A stretch of 64,000 nucleotides of DNA from NCBI GenBank assembly GCA_035457485.1, contig DATIBO010000006.1, positions 178,659-242,658 on the forward strand. The letters run 5' to 3'. The DNA is from Candidatus Saccharimonadales bacterium. GTDB taxonomy: Bacteria > Patescibacteriota > Saccharimonadia > Saccharimonadales > EFPC-124. The first letter of the stretch is position 1; each line of letters starts with the position of its first letter. Of the stretch, positions 46,561 through 55,315 are shown piece by piece. Both the position numbers and the translations under genes were made by a program. The notes below the pieces were generated by a model. It had not been told where the DNA came from. It saw nothing but the letters and a program-made list of their open reading frames with translations, and searched no databases.

Positions 46561-48091
46561 AAATAGGATTTTTAGCGTCTTCGGACGCTATTTTCTTTAT
46601 TAACAGATAAGATTCTGCCAATTTAGCGGTTCTAAATCCCGTCTCACAATCGTATACAAGACCTTCTGGGAAGATTGCATCTTGAATACGCCTTTTGACC
46701 TCTATTGGTGCGAGGTTCCAAAATGATGCTGGATTGCTCATGAACAACAGAGCATTGTCTATTACTTGCTCCTTATCCTTGATATCGTCAGTAATCTCAG
46801 AGCGGCGTAATTCTATTTTGGTAATGTCGTTATCAACTTCTGCTAGTTTACGGTCTTTATCTGCTTCACTAATTTTGTTATCTATATACAAATCTAGTGT
46901 ACGAATACGTTTGTCCTGTAGGGCGTTTAGCTCACTGTCTAATGTACGCGAAAGGTTGTGTGCGTCTCGTGTTTCGTTATTCCATTCACGTAGCACGATA
47001 TGTTTAAACAGCTTCTGCGCGTCTTCTGTTGGTCGTACACGCTCCATTAAGTCCATGAAGTCCTGATGCACTAAGCCACGCATCTTGCTCACAGGCGCAC
47101 CAATTTCTTTAGCCCTACAAAACATGCAAGAATAGCGAGGACTCGGGCCACTGCGACCACGAGGAGAACTTCCAGTCATAGGTTTACCGCAGGTATGCTG
47201 CAGGAATCCGCTACGTAATGGCCATTCCTCTTCAGCAGAGCGGCTAAAGTTACGCAAGCTACCATTCAAGATTGCCTGATTACGGTAGTAAGTGGTCTCA
47301 CTAATGATGGGCTGGTGTATACCCTGAATTAGCCTGCCGCCTATATAGTCGGAAGTTACGAATCCAGCATAAAGTGGGTTACCTAACATGTCCTTTACCA
47401 TCTGCCATGTTCGCATGCCATTCTTTCGACTACGAATACCAATCTTGTACGCGAAATCACGAGCATTCTGTACCGTATAAGCACCCGTAGAAAACTCTTC
47501 TAGCAGCTGCTTCATCTTTGGGGCATCGTCATTAGGTTCGATAGTCACAATACCTGTTGCTGTCCTAATACGCCTGTAGCCAACGGGTGCAGCATGAGGC
47601 CAAGCCCCTTGCTCGAGACGAGCTATCATACCGCCCGTCGTACGAGCTAATCGAATCTCATTATCAAACTCCGCAAATGCTGCAAGCATACTTTCCATCA
47701 AGTTGCCCATAGGGTCATCACTGATAGGCTCGGTTACCGATACTACTTTGATTCCTAGCTTTTTCAGTTGTGCTTTGATGATATGGTGATATTCACTCTT
47801 ACGAGCTAACCTGTCCACCTTCCAGATAATGCAGTGAGATATTTTGCCTTTGTTTTTAGCACAGTAATCAAGCATCGCTGCTAGTTTTGGACGGTCTATG
47901 AGTTTCGCAGATACACCTTCTTCACGAAATACATTCTCATTAGGCAATTCAATGCCATTTGATTTAGCGTAACGCATACAGGCATCGGTTTGACTATCCA
48001 AACTGGTACCTTTTACTTGGTCATCACTCGATACTCGTACGTATGCAACTGCCTTCATAATTTCTTCGGTATTTTTAGAACTTTTACTCAT
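46517..48091 (-). CDS. Large serine recombinase (integrase)
   Basis: Resolvase catalytic N-terminus AVAYVRVSSDDQ, a recombinase domain, a Cys-containing zinc-ribbon-like segment (HTCGKPM...YSCMFCRAKE), and a coiled coil (LDSELNALQDKRIRTLDLYIDNKISEADKDRKLAEVDNDITKIE). The last 44 nt overlap tRNA-Met. Confidence 0.9.
   Translation of the reverse strand: MSKSSKNTEEIMKAVAYVRVSSDDQVKGTSLDSQTDACMRYAKSNGIELPNENVFREEGVSAKLIDRPKLAAMLDYCAKNKGKISHCIIWKVDRLARKSEYHHIIKAQLKKLGIKVVSVTEPISDDPMGNLMESMLAAFAEFDNEIRLARTTGGMIARLEQGAWPHAAPVGYRRIRTATGIVTIEPNDDAPKMKQLLEEFSTGAYTVQNARDFAYKIGIRSRKNGMRTWQMVKDMLGNPLYAGFVTSDYIGGRLIQGIHQPIISETTYYRNQAILNGSLRNFSRSAEEEWPLRSGFLQHTCGKPMTGSSPRGRSGPSPRYSCMFCRAKEIGAPVSKMRGLVHQDFMDLMERVRPTEDAQKLFKHIVLREWNNETRDAHNLSRTLDSELNALQDKRIRTLDLYIDNKISEADKDRKLAEVDNDITKIELRRSEITDDIKDKEQVIDNALLFMSNPASFWNLAPIEVKRRIQDAIFPEGLVYDCETGFRTAKLAESYLLIKKIASEDAKNPILVAPTGIEPVTLGL
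46573..46598 (+). terminator. tRNA-Met intrinsic terminator (UUCG-loop hairpin)
   Basis: tagcgtc-ttcg-gacgcta followed by tttt. It lies inside the recombinase ORF on the opposite strand. Confidence 0.65.
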
Positions 48092-48295
48092 CTAATTATA
48101 CCTCGTTTGCGTAACTTTTAGAACCTCAAATTGTGACACATTCCTGAGGAAAGCTCTTGCAATGGCCGTAAAATCTAGAACCGCCACTGCCAGCGATTCG
48201 CCGGAGCTATACTGCGATGTTTTACCGATTACTTTCTTGGCTTCATCTACTGATATAGGCGTAAGTTCGCTTACGGAATCAAGACTAAACTCCAT
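48092..48295 (-). CDS. Small hypothetical protein immediately upstream of the recombinase (candidate accessory/directionality factor)
   Basis: I prefer ATG 48295 (MEFSLDSVSE..., 67 aa), preceded by AAGGAG with a 7-nt spacer, over the track start at 48343. Its stop abuts the recombinase start. Confidence 0.4.
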   Translation of the reverse strand: MEFSLDSVSELTPISVDEAKKVIGKTSQYSSGESLAVAVLDFTAIARAFLRNVSQFEVLKVTQTRYN

Positions 48296-48422
48296 TACTT
48301 TGCTCCTTATCCCGCTTGTGAAAGATACCAGTTGTACCCTCATATTCCCGCATGGTTTTGAAGATAGCTTCTAACAGTTCTGCGAGTGTTATACGCTCAT
48401 CTTCTGGTTGTTGGTTGGTCAT
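48285..48422 (-). CDS. Unannotated 45-aa ORF
   Basis: AAGGAG, a 7-nt spacer, then ATG at 48422. MTNQQPEDERITLAELLEAIFKTMREYEGTTGIFHKRDKEQSNGV. Its stop overlaps the next start. Confidence 0.35.
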   Translation of the reverse strand: MTNQQPEDERITLAELLEAIFKTMREYEGTTGIFHKRDKEQSNGV

Positions 48423-48750
48423 TCTTAACTCCTTTAGACCGCACCAAACTGACACCTGCATATTGAGGCGTGCTGCATGGTTGATATTAAATATTTCGGA
48501 ATAGCAAACCCCACAAACGAGACGCTAGAACTCGCTGAAAATAAAAAATGCCCGATTCGAGGCTTGTTACCTGAAGGGCTAATTGTGAGTATAGACTTGA
48601 CCGAGTTGGTCTACGAAGTTGCTTCGTTTACTATGTGAGTATTATACCAAACCATAAGCAAAAAGTCAATAGCTACAGTAACACTTATGACCTCTGGTAA
48701 AAATGTGTTGTAATTTATGACAAGATACATGCAGACTACCATGCAATATA

Positions 48751-49638
48751 ATGATTTACAGAGTGACTGATTTATTCAATAACAGAGAGATTGCGGTAGG
48801 GCTATGGCTGATGGTACTGATAGTCTTTGCTGCTAGTAAAAAGGAAGTACGTTCATCATTTAAGGACGTTCTTAAAGCATTCTTCACGCCTAAAATAATC
48901 ATACCGTTATTACTGTCATTCACGCCAAGCGTATTGGTCGTATGGCTATTGGCATATTTAAATCTTTGGGACTTGTCTGTACTCAAAGAAACAATCTATT
49001 GCGTTATCGGTACAGGCATCATTATGTTTGGTAAGTTCAATAGCGTTAAAGATTTGAAGTCACTATACAGGCAAACCGCAAAAGAAACCCTAGCATTAGT
49101 GGTCTTGCTGGAGTTCATTATTTGGCTTTATGTATTTCCTTTGTGGGTTGAGCTGCTACTGGTGCCGTTCGTAACTTTGGTAGTGCTGTTAGCGACAGTG
49201 GCAAAGTACATGAAAACGGACGGTATAGAGTTAACGCGCAAAGTGCTAAATGGTACGCAAGTATTTATTGGCCTGCTTATACTGCTATTCGCATTTATAG
49301 GCTTTGCGAAAAGTCCTGCAACATTATTTACCCTGCAGAATCTAGAGCTGTTTTTGCTGCCTATTATCCTTTCATTAACCTTCGTACCTTCCGTGTACTT
49401 CATAGCGTTGTATAGCAAGTATGAATTGGTATTCAATCGAATTAACTACCCCATGAAACTGAACCGTAAAAGCAAGCGGGCTATCAAACTAGCAGCTATC
49501 AGGCGCTGCGGCCTGAGCGTGTATGTTACAGGCGAAATGATACGTCATTTGGCAATCAACTTAACCACTGACACCACCAAGGCTCAAGCCCTAAAGCTCA
49601 TAAAAACCTTTGACCCAAAGCAACCATCATTCTTATAG
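48751..49638 (+). CDS. Orphan polytopic membrane protein (about 7 TM) with a basic soluble C-terminal tail
   Basis: 295 aa with no recognisable motif. Confidence 0.55.
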   Translation: MIYRVTDLFNNREIAVGLWLMVLIVFAASKKEVRSSFKDVLKAFFTPKIIIPLLLSFTPSVLVVWLLAYLNLWDLSVLKETIYCVIGTGIIMFGKFNSVKDLKSLYRQTAKETLALVVLLEFIIWLYVFPLWVELLLVPFVTLVVLLATVAKYMKTDGIELTRKVLNGTQVFIGLLILLFAFIGFAKSPATLFTLQNLELFLLPIILSLTFVPSVYFIALYSKYELVFNRINYPMKLNRKSKRAIKLAAIRRCGLSVYVTGEMIRHLAINLTTDTTKAQALKLIKTFDPKQPSFL

Positions 49639-49657
49639 CCCGACTTTACCAGAATCG

Positions 49658-49691
49658 CCTCTGAGCCTGATTCAAATTAGGTGTTTTTATT
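49658..49691 (+). terminator. Intrinsic terminator, copy 1 of a repeated cassette
   Basis: cctctgagcctgattcaaattaggtgtttttatt. Stem gcctga/ttaggt (with G-U pairs) plus a T-run. Confidence 0.55.
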
Positions 49692-49764
49692 TCTCGGATG
49701 AGTTACACCTCAATCAAACAGATTTATTGTATAATTTACTCTAGAAATACTTGCGTAATTTCCT

Positions 49765-52700
49765 ATGACAAAAATACCAGTATCTATTAGCCAATTAGCA
49801 AAATACGGACTTGATTACGTAAGCCTGATTTCAAGTAGTGCCTCCAGAAGCCGACCCGTTAAGACTGAGCAGATGGATGCTGATTTACTTTCTATTCCAG
49901 ACTTGATTTTTAAAAGTGAAGTTGACTCCATAACGATTGATTTAGTCACGGCTCTGGATAAACAGTTTGACCCGAGTATACCGAACGAGGAAAAGAGCGA
50001 TGAGCAACGACAAGCTGAATGGCGTGTTGAACGGGACAGGGGTATCTTAAATAAGATTCAAGAAATAGACACAAAGATTAGAACCGATGAGTATACGAAA
50101 CGAGTAGTTTTACAAACTGGCTTTATCTCATTTGAGGCAAAACGTTACCTTGAGTCTGATTTTAATGAAGAGTATGAGATATACGATGCTCCGTTGTTTC
50201 AGGTTCCAGTAGCGGCTATAAACTTCAAATATACCCCTGAGGGCGTAACAGTAATTATCGACCTACCCGATAACTATGTAGAGATTCTAAACGGCCCACT
50301 AAAGAACTTCTTGCCTCAGCAGTATTTTGATAAAGTGTTCAAGTTTATAGCGGATTCAGAAGCGGAAGAGAAAACCATGCTTCCTCTTGCCGATGATTTT
50401 ATTCAAGAGTTGTGGTCAGTAATCAGAGTTCAGTTAGATGGATTAGATGCTAAGTCGATATCTGAAGCCCCTAGTTTTGCAACTAGCATTGTCGCCATTA
50501 CCAATAAGACAAACCACTTTCTTGCCGAAGACCTAAAGGCTATCGCTGCACTAGAAGATGAAGAGTTGCTAGAAACGTCGTTAGGTGGTTGGGTGTCTGA
50601 TGAAGATATGGCGATTGAACAGGCGGTTTCTGATGATGGCAGTACAGAGATATTCTTTCCGTTTGATTATGACAAGTATCAGCTAAAAGTTTTAGGTATC
50701 ACTGCAAATAAAGCAGTTATTGTAGAAGGTCCTCCAGGAACTGGAAAATCACAAACAATCTCAAACCTACTCGTGCATCTTGCAGCCACGGGCAAGCGGG
50801 TATTATTTGCGAGTCAAAAAGACCAAGCAATACGTGGAGTCAAAGATAAGCTAAAGACATTGGACGTGCCGTTTTTATATGGCTATATTCCAGACAAAAC
50901 ATCCAAGCTATACACAGAAGATGATGAAAAAGACAGTGCGGCAAATACACTCCTAGCTCTTAATAGAGAGTTCCAGAAAGGAAAAGTTGGCGACTTAAAA
51001 GAGCCTCTAGCGTTGCTTGCTAACCGTTCGAATATTTTTGTAGAGAACCTGAATAATGAACGTTCTATCTACGCCCTATTAGAAGAACGTAGAAGCTTGA
51101 GCTACCTTGACTCTTTTCATCCGTACGAAATTGACAGCGGGTGGTATAGCCAATGTGGTTTATTGGAAGATACCATTAGCGGGCTGGAAGCTAGTGTTAA
51201 CAAATACGAAAAGACTCACGAGAAGTTTTTAAGGGCAGCAAACAAAAAGTTTGAAAATCTAGAATTGGATTATCAGGCGACTATAGACTCAATTGAAAAC
51301 ATCTACTCATACTTTAAGGAAAATATGCCTGAGCGGGCTGGTTGGATAGGTGGCAAAGTTAATGAAATGAAATTGCGTAATGCCCTGAAAGAACATGGCC
51401 GTACCCTTTTGCAAGAGATTTACGTAGAAGTCGAAAAGATACTATTCTCTGATAATACGAAGTCTGCTCGATTGCAGTTACTTGATAGTCTGTCGGATTA
51501 CTTTGTTTATGGTAGCGAGTTACAAGCAATATCAGAAAGTCGCTCTTCGCTTAACGAATTACTATCGAGTAAAGAAATATCACCGACCACATATACCGCT
51601 CTCAAAAAGGTAATCTCTGAGAATAGCAAGGAAAAGGTATTTAACGACCTAACTAGGTATAACGAAATTACCGAACAGATAGAAGAAATGTCTTTGTATT
51701 CAGCGAATGAACTTAATCGAGAAATCAAAGATATTCGCAAGTTTTACAGAACCAATATCACAAACTATGTGCGCAATCGTATCCTGACTAGAATTGGTGA
51801 AGCGAATAATAGCAAAGATGTACGAGCTACTTTAGCTCAGGTAGCTAGAAGTCTTACAAAGAGCAAGAAAGCTAATAAAACATTCGATAGATTGAAGCAC
51901 AATGAAGACAACTTCAGCGCCATGTCTAAGGTCTTGCCAATCTGGATGATGAGTCTAGACGATGTTAGTCGTATAGTGCCTCTAGAGAAGAATGCCTTTG
52001 ATTATGTAATTATCGACGAAGCGTCACAGTGTAATTTTGCCTATGCGTTTCCAGCCATGTTCCGTGCCGAACATACAATTTTCTTTGGCGATACTTTGCA
52101 GATGCGTGACGACAACATTATGTTTAAGTCGAACGACCAACTCAATGCCATTGCTAAGAAGCATAAGATACCCGAGGTTTATCAAATTAAGGCCGAGGAA
52201 GACACCGTAAAATCTGTAATGGATATTGCTCATCTAAACGGCTTTATGACCACAACGCTCAAGTACCATTACCGTTCACCAAAAGAACTTATAGGGTTCT
52301 CGAACGAGTCCTTCTACGAGCCAATCGGTAGGAAGTTAGAGGCAGTGAACGACAATATAGTTCCGTATAAAGATACTGGACGTGTCCTCCTTACTCACAT
52401 TGTGAAGCCAGATGACGGCGAAGAAACATCTGATAAAACTAACTTCGCCGAGATACGCAAGATTCAAGAACTGGTAGACGAGATTAAGAATGACCCCGTT
52501 CTAAAAGATAAGTCCATCGCTATCTTGACCTTCTTTAACGAGCAGGCCGAGCTGATTCGAAACGCTATAAAAGACGACGATATCAAAGTGTCTATTATTG
52601 ACGGCATTCAAGGTGACGAGCGTGATATCGTAATTTATTCATTTGTTATTAAAGACCCTAGCGATAAAAAGCGTTATATCGCTCTAACTGGTGAAGGCGG

Positions 52701-53646
52701 CGAGATTCGCAAAGACATTGCTGCTGGTCGTGTTAACGTTGCGTTTAGCCGAGCCAGGTTACAGGTTCATACTGTTACATCATTAGCCCCTGAACTATGG
52801 CCAGAGGGTATTTGGATTAAGCGGTATCTGGAGTATGTCGAAACTAGCGGTATAGTTAACCGTCGTCATAGTAAGTCAGAGCAACAGTTTGACTCTAACT
52901 TTGAAGAAAAGATATTTAGCTATTTGGCGAAAGAGCTGGATGCTAGTGAGTACACCCTAGAAACTCAAGTTGAGTCTCTCGGATTTAAGATTGATTTAGT
53001 AGTTTGTCGTAACGGCAAGAAGCTAGCTATTGAGATGGATGGCCCTTCCCACTTTGAAGGTGGAGATGGCCAGGTATATGTAAAGGATGACTGGGACAGG
53101 CAGGGTGCTCTTGAAACAGCTGGATGGAACTTTTACCGTATCTCATACTTTGATTGGACGAAAGACCAAGAAGTTGAGCAAAAAGCACTTAGCGAATACA
53201 TACAACAGTACTTTGCAGATAAGAGCACCTCGAGCAAAACGACTGTATTGAAAGAGCTTGAAAAAGAAACGGTTGCTCCAGAAGAAGCTCCTAAGGATAT
53301 GTATGTAACTGACTTTTCAGATGAGCACGTGGATAATGTTAGTCCCGTTCAAGCTGCTCATGTGACTAGTAATGTGAAGCGTACTGACACCGCCAAGACT
53401 ACACCCGCTAAACCAACATTCTCAATAGGAGACCGTGAGGTTAATCAGGAGGATTTTGAAAGATATCTTAGCAGCCGTCAGCAGAGTTATATTGAGATAC
53501 GATACCAATCTATGCGTGCTGGGTCGGCGAAATATTGGAGAACAATACGTCTTGATGGTTACGATGGCACGTACATGTATTCCAAGCAGGATAACGCACC
53601 TTACCCGATTAAATATCGTCGTGACCGAGTAATAGAGTTCAGATAA
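49765..53646 (+). CDS. DUF4011-like N-terminal region + Upf1/DNA2-type SF1B helicase + Vsr/DUF559-like endonuclease module + WYL-like C-terminal domain
   Basis: 1293 aa. YDAPLFQVPV (N-terminal); Walker A VEGPPGTGKSQT (about nt 50728); Walker B VIIDEASQC (about nt 52010); QGDERDIVIYS; GRVNVAFSRAR; then FEEKIFSYL...GFKIDLVV...KLAIEMDGPSHF; tail IEIRYQS...YWRTIRLDG...TYMYS...PIKYRRDRVIEF. Confidence 0.85.
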   Translation: MTKIPVSISQLAKYGLDYVSLISSSASRSRPVKTEQMDADLLSIPDLIFKSEVDSITIDLVTALDKQFDPSIPNEEKSDEQRQAEWRVERDRGILNKIQEIDTKIRTDEYTKRVVLQTGFISFEAKRYLESDFNEEYEIYDAPLFQVPVAAINFKYTPEGVTVIIDLPDNYVEILNGPLKNFLPQQYFDKVFKFIADSEAEEKTMLPLADDFIQELWSVIRVQLDGLDAKSISEAPSFATSIVAITNKTNHFLAEDLKAIAALEDEELLETSLGGWVSDEDMAIEQAVSDDGSTEIFFPFDYDKYQLKVLGITANKAVIVEGPPGTGKSQTISNLLVHLAATGKRVLFASQKDQAIRGVKDKLKTLDVPFLYGYIPDKTSKLYTEDDEKDSAANTLLALNREFQKGKVGDLKEPLALLANRSNIFVENLNNERSIYALLEERRSLSYLDSFHPYEIDSGWYSQCGLLEDTISGLEASVNKYEKTHEKFLRAANKKFENLELDYQATIDSIENIYSYFKENMPERAGWIGGKVNEMKLRNALKEHGRTLLQEIYVEVEKILFSDNTKSARLQLLDSLSDYFVYGSELQAISESRSSLNELLSSKEISPTTYTALKKVISENSKEKVFNDLTRYNEITEQIEEMSLYSANELNREIKDIRKFYRTNITNYVRNRILTRIGEANNSKDVRATLAQVARSLTKSKKANKTFDRLKHNEDNFSAMSKVLPIWMMSLDDVSRIVPLEKNAFDYVIIDEASQCNFAYAFPAMFRAEHTIFFGDTLQMRDDNIMFKSNDQLNAIAKKHKIPEVYQIKAEEDTVKSVMDIAHLNGFMTTTLKYHYRSPKELIGFSNESFYEPIGRKLEAVNDNIVPYKDTGRVLLTHIVKPDDGEETSDKTNFAEIRKIQELVDEIKNDPVLKDKSIAILTFFNEQAELIRNAIKDDDIKVSIIDGIQGDERDIVIYSFVIKDPSDKKRYIALTGEGGEIRKDIAAGRVNVAFSRARLQVHTVTSLAPELWPEGIWIKRYLEYVETSGIVNRRHSKSEQQFDSNFEEKIFSYLAKELDASEYTLETQVESLGFKIDLVVCRNGKKLAIEMDGPSHFEGGDGQVYVKDDWDRQGALETAGWNFYRISYFDWTKDQEVEQKALSEYIQQYFADKSTSSKTTVLKELEKETVAPEEAPKDMYVTDFSDEHVDNVSPVQAAHVTSNVKRTDTAKTTPAKPTFSIGDREVNQEDFERYLSSRQQSYIEIRYQSMRAGSAKYWRTIRLDGYDGTYMYSKQDNAPYPIKYRRDRVIEFR

Positions 53647-53677
53647 CAAGATTTAAAGGTCAAGTTTCCTTAAATCA

Positions 53678-53711
53678 CCCCTGAGCCTAAATCAAATTAG
53701 GCATTTTTATT
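53678..53711 (+). terminator. Intrinsic terminator, copy 2 of the repeated cassette
   Basis: cccctgagcctaaatcaaattaggcatttttatt. Stem gcctaa/ttaggc plus a T-run. Confidence 0.6.
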
Positions 53712-53806
53712 GTTGAGTAAAGTCTAAGTTCATATTTTGATTTACAGCGTAAGATTCGAATCATCTCCAGAGGTGATTTGCAGCATCTTTGTTATATAAT
53801 GAAAAA

Positions 53807-53948
53807 GTCTAGATTCAACAATTAGAGTATTAAGGTCAACAAGCCTTTCGTTTGAACCGTAAATACGGCAACTCCTTGCGAAAGCAGTTAGGTTCAAACC
53901 TGATTGTTGAGTCTAGACAACCCTAGCGAGGGGTTGTCGTTTTTATTT
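53807..53948 (+). ncRNA. Candidate structured RNA / cis-regulatory leader ending in an intrinsic terminator
   Basis: Nested helices: gtctagattcaacaat (53807-53822) pairs with attgttgagtctagac (53903-53918) over 16 bp with one G-U. gtttgaacc (53850-53858) pairs with ggttcaaac (53891-53899). There is a GAAA-tetraloop hairpin at 53877-53886. The terminator is gacaaccc/gggttgtc plus a T-run (53916-53948). Confidence 0.35.
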
Positions 53949-53962
53949 AAGGAGATACTGCT

Positions 53963-54226
53963 ATGACACAAGAAGAATTGAACTCGGTAACTAATGGAAT
54001 CCAGAAGAATCAAGAACGTTTATCAAACGAAGCGCAGCAAGATAAAGACCGTAATCTAGAACAGCAGAAACTTGAACTACAACAACAGCAACTTAACTTG
54101 CAGCAGCAACAACAGAACACAAACCAACAACTAGTCATTGGCGGCTTAATATTGGGTGGAATCCTTGTATTATCGATAGCTGTATATCTACTAGTTAAGA
54201 CGTTCAAGACTAATAAGAAGTCCTAG
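53963..54226 (+). CDS. Q-rich coiled-coil protein with a C-terminal TM anchor
   Basis: AAGGAG SD. 87 aa: QQKLELQQQQLNLQQQQQNTNQQ, then LVIGGLILGGILVLSIAVYLLV. Confidence 0.55.
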   Translation: MTQEELNSVTNGIQKNQERLSNEAQQDKDRNLEQQKLELQQQQLNLQQQQQNTNQQLVIGGLILGGILVLSIAVYLLVKTFKTNKKS

Positions 54227-54397
54227 TACGGTATATTACGGTATAACCAAAAGCTGCTAGAAATCCGTCGATTTACAGATGTTAAGGTATGGATTTTTCG
54301 TTTTCTGCTTATGGCATGCTTACGCTATAAAGTAGTACCCTAGCAGACAGGACTTACACGACACTTTTGTGGATGCCCCACCGTACCCCACACCTAG

Positions 54398-55315
54398 CTA
54401 TTCGATACCTAATTCTTCTTGCTGCTGCGACATCGCATAAACGACAAGCTCCGGACGTTTGTAGTACGAGGCTCGAACCACTTCAGCTTCGAATACAACC
54501 CGTTCCTTGAACAAGTGTTTGTAGCTTTCAATGGAGGCGCCATCCGCAACGGTGCATGTGAGTAGTGAAAACCTTGGGTCTAAATCATCTACCTTTATTT
54601 TCAGGACATCACCACGTGTACTCTGAAGCGATAATAGCTCGCCACTTAGTTTGATTCTGTCGCCATTATGTAGGTCTGGCAAAATCTTATCGTCTTCTGG
54701 TAAGTACTCGCCGACGTTGCGTTCTGTAATTTTCACGCCCTCGCTGGTGTTAATCGTCGGTTTTATTTCGATTGTTGATATGACGCCCTCGGTTATTGGA
54801 GCTAGAGCACGTCGGTACCGGCCACTCTCAACAATCCTTTTGAGTCTACTGATTTGCCGCGGTGATACTTTGGAATCGTTTGGTAGTTTGTTGCCATTCT
54901 TTAACTTTGCGCTCGTGCGTATTGCTCCTGTTATGTAGCCGATGATGAGACCGGCGACCGCCATGTCGACTGGATTCCTCGCAAAATAGTCGTTTACTGT
55001 TCTGTGTATTCCATGAATGTTCGAAAAAAAGGTGTTAGCGTCATTGAGAAGCTCGGGTGCCGCAATGCGCAAAAACTCAAGAAATGCCTGCACGTCAGTA
55101 AATGGTATCGGGTGAAGCGTTACCAGCGCATTAAATACTTCAATCGAGCCCTGCTGAACGCGAGTAGTCTTAATCTCGACTTCTTCGCCAAGATTGGCCG
55201 TTTCAAGAATGTCCTTAAGTAGTGAGTCAAACCCCGCAAACGACTCGCCAAGTAGCGTGAGATTCAAGCCGTCTTCAGGCCTGTACTCATAGCGGATAAC
55301 AAACGACTCTTTCAT
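54398..55315 (-). CDS. Orphan protein, about 305 aa, with one central hydrophobic helix
   Basis: Long ORF. I prefer ATG 55315 (MKESFVIRYEY...). No motif recognised. Confidence 0.5.
   Translation of the reverse strand: MKESFVIRYEYRPEDGLNLTLLGESFAGFDSLLKDILETANLGEEVEIKTTRVQQGSIEVFNALVTLHPIPFTDVQAFLEFLRIAAPELLNDANTFFSNIHGIHRTVNDYFARNPVDMAVAGLIIGYITGAIRTSAKLKNGNKLPNDSKVSPRQISRLKRIVESGRYRRALAPITEGVISTIEIKPTINTSEGVKITERNVGEYLPEDDKILPDLHNGDRIKLSGELLSLQSTRGDVLKIKVDDLDPRFSLLTCTVADGASIESYKHLFKERVVFEAEVVRASYYKRPELVVYAMSQQQEELGIE

Noticed and set aside
48092-48343. 83-aa ORF as given in the track
   Set aside because: The start at 48343 lacks an RBS. Two shorter frames, each with an AAGGAG site, explain the region better (see findings).
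54040-54130. CAG/CAA-rich repetitive DNA as a possible tandem repeat or CRISPR-like array
   Set aside because: It is in-frame poly-Gln coding sequence of the 87-aa ORF, with no spacer/repeat periodicity.
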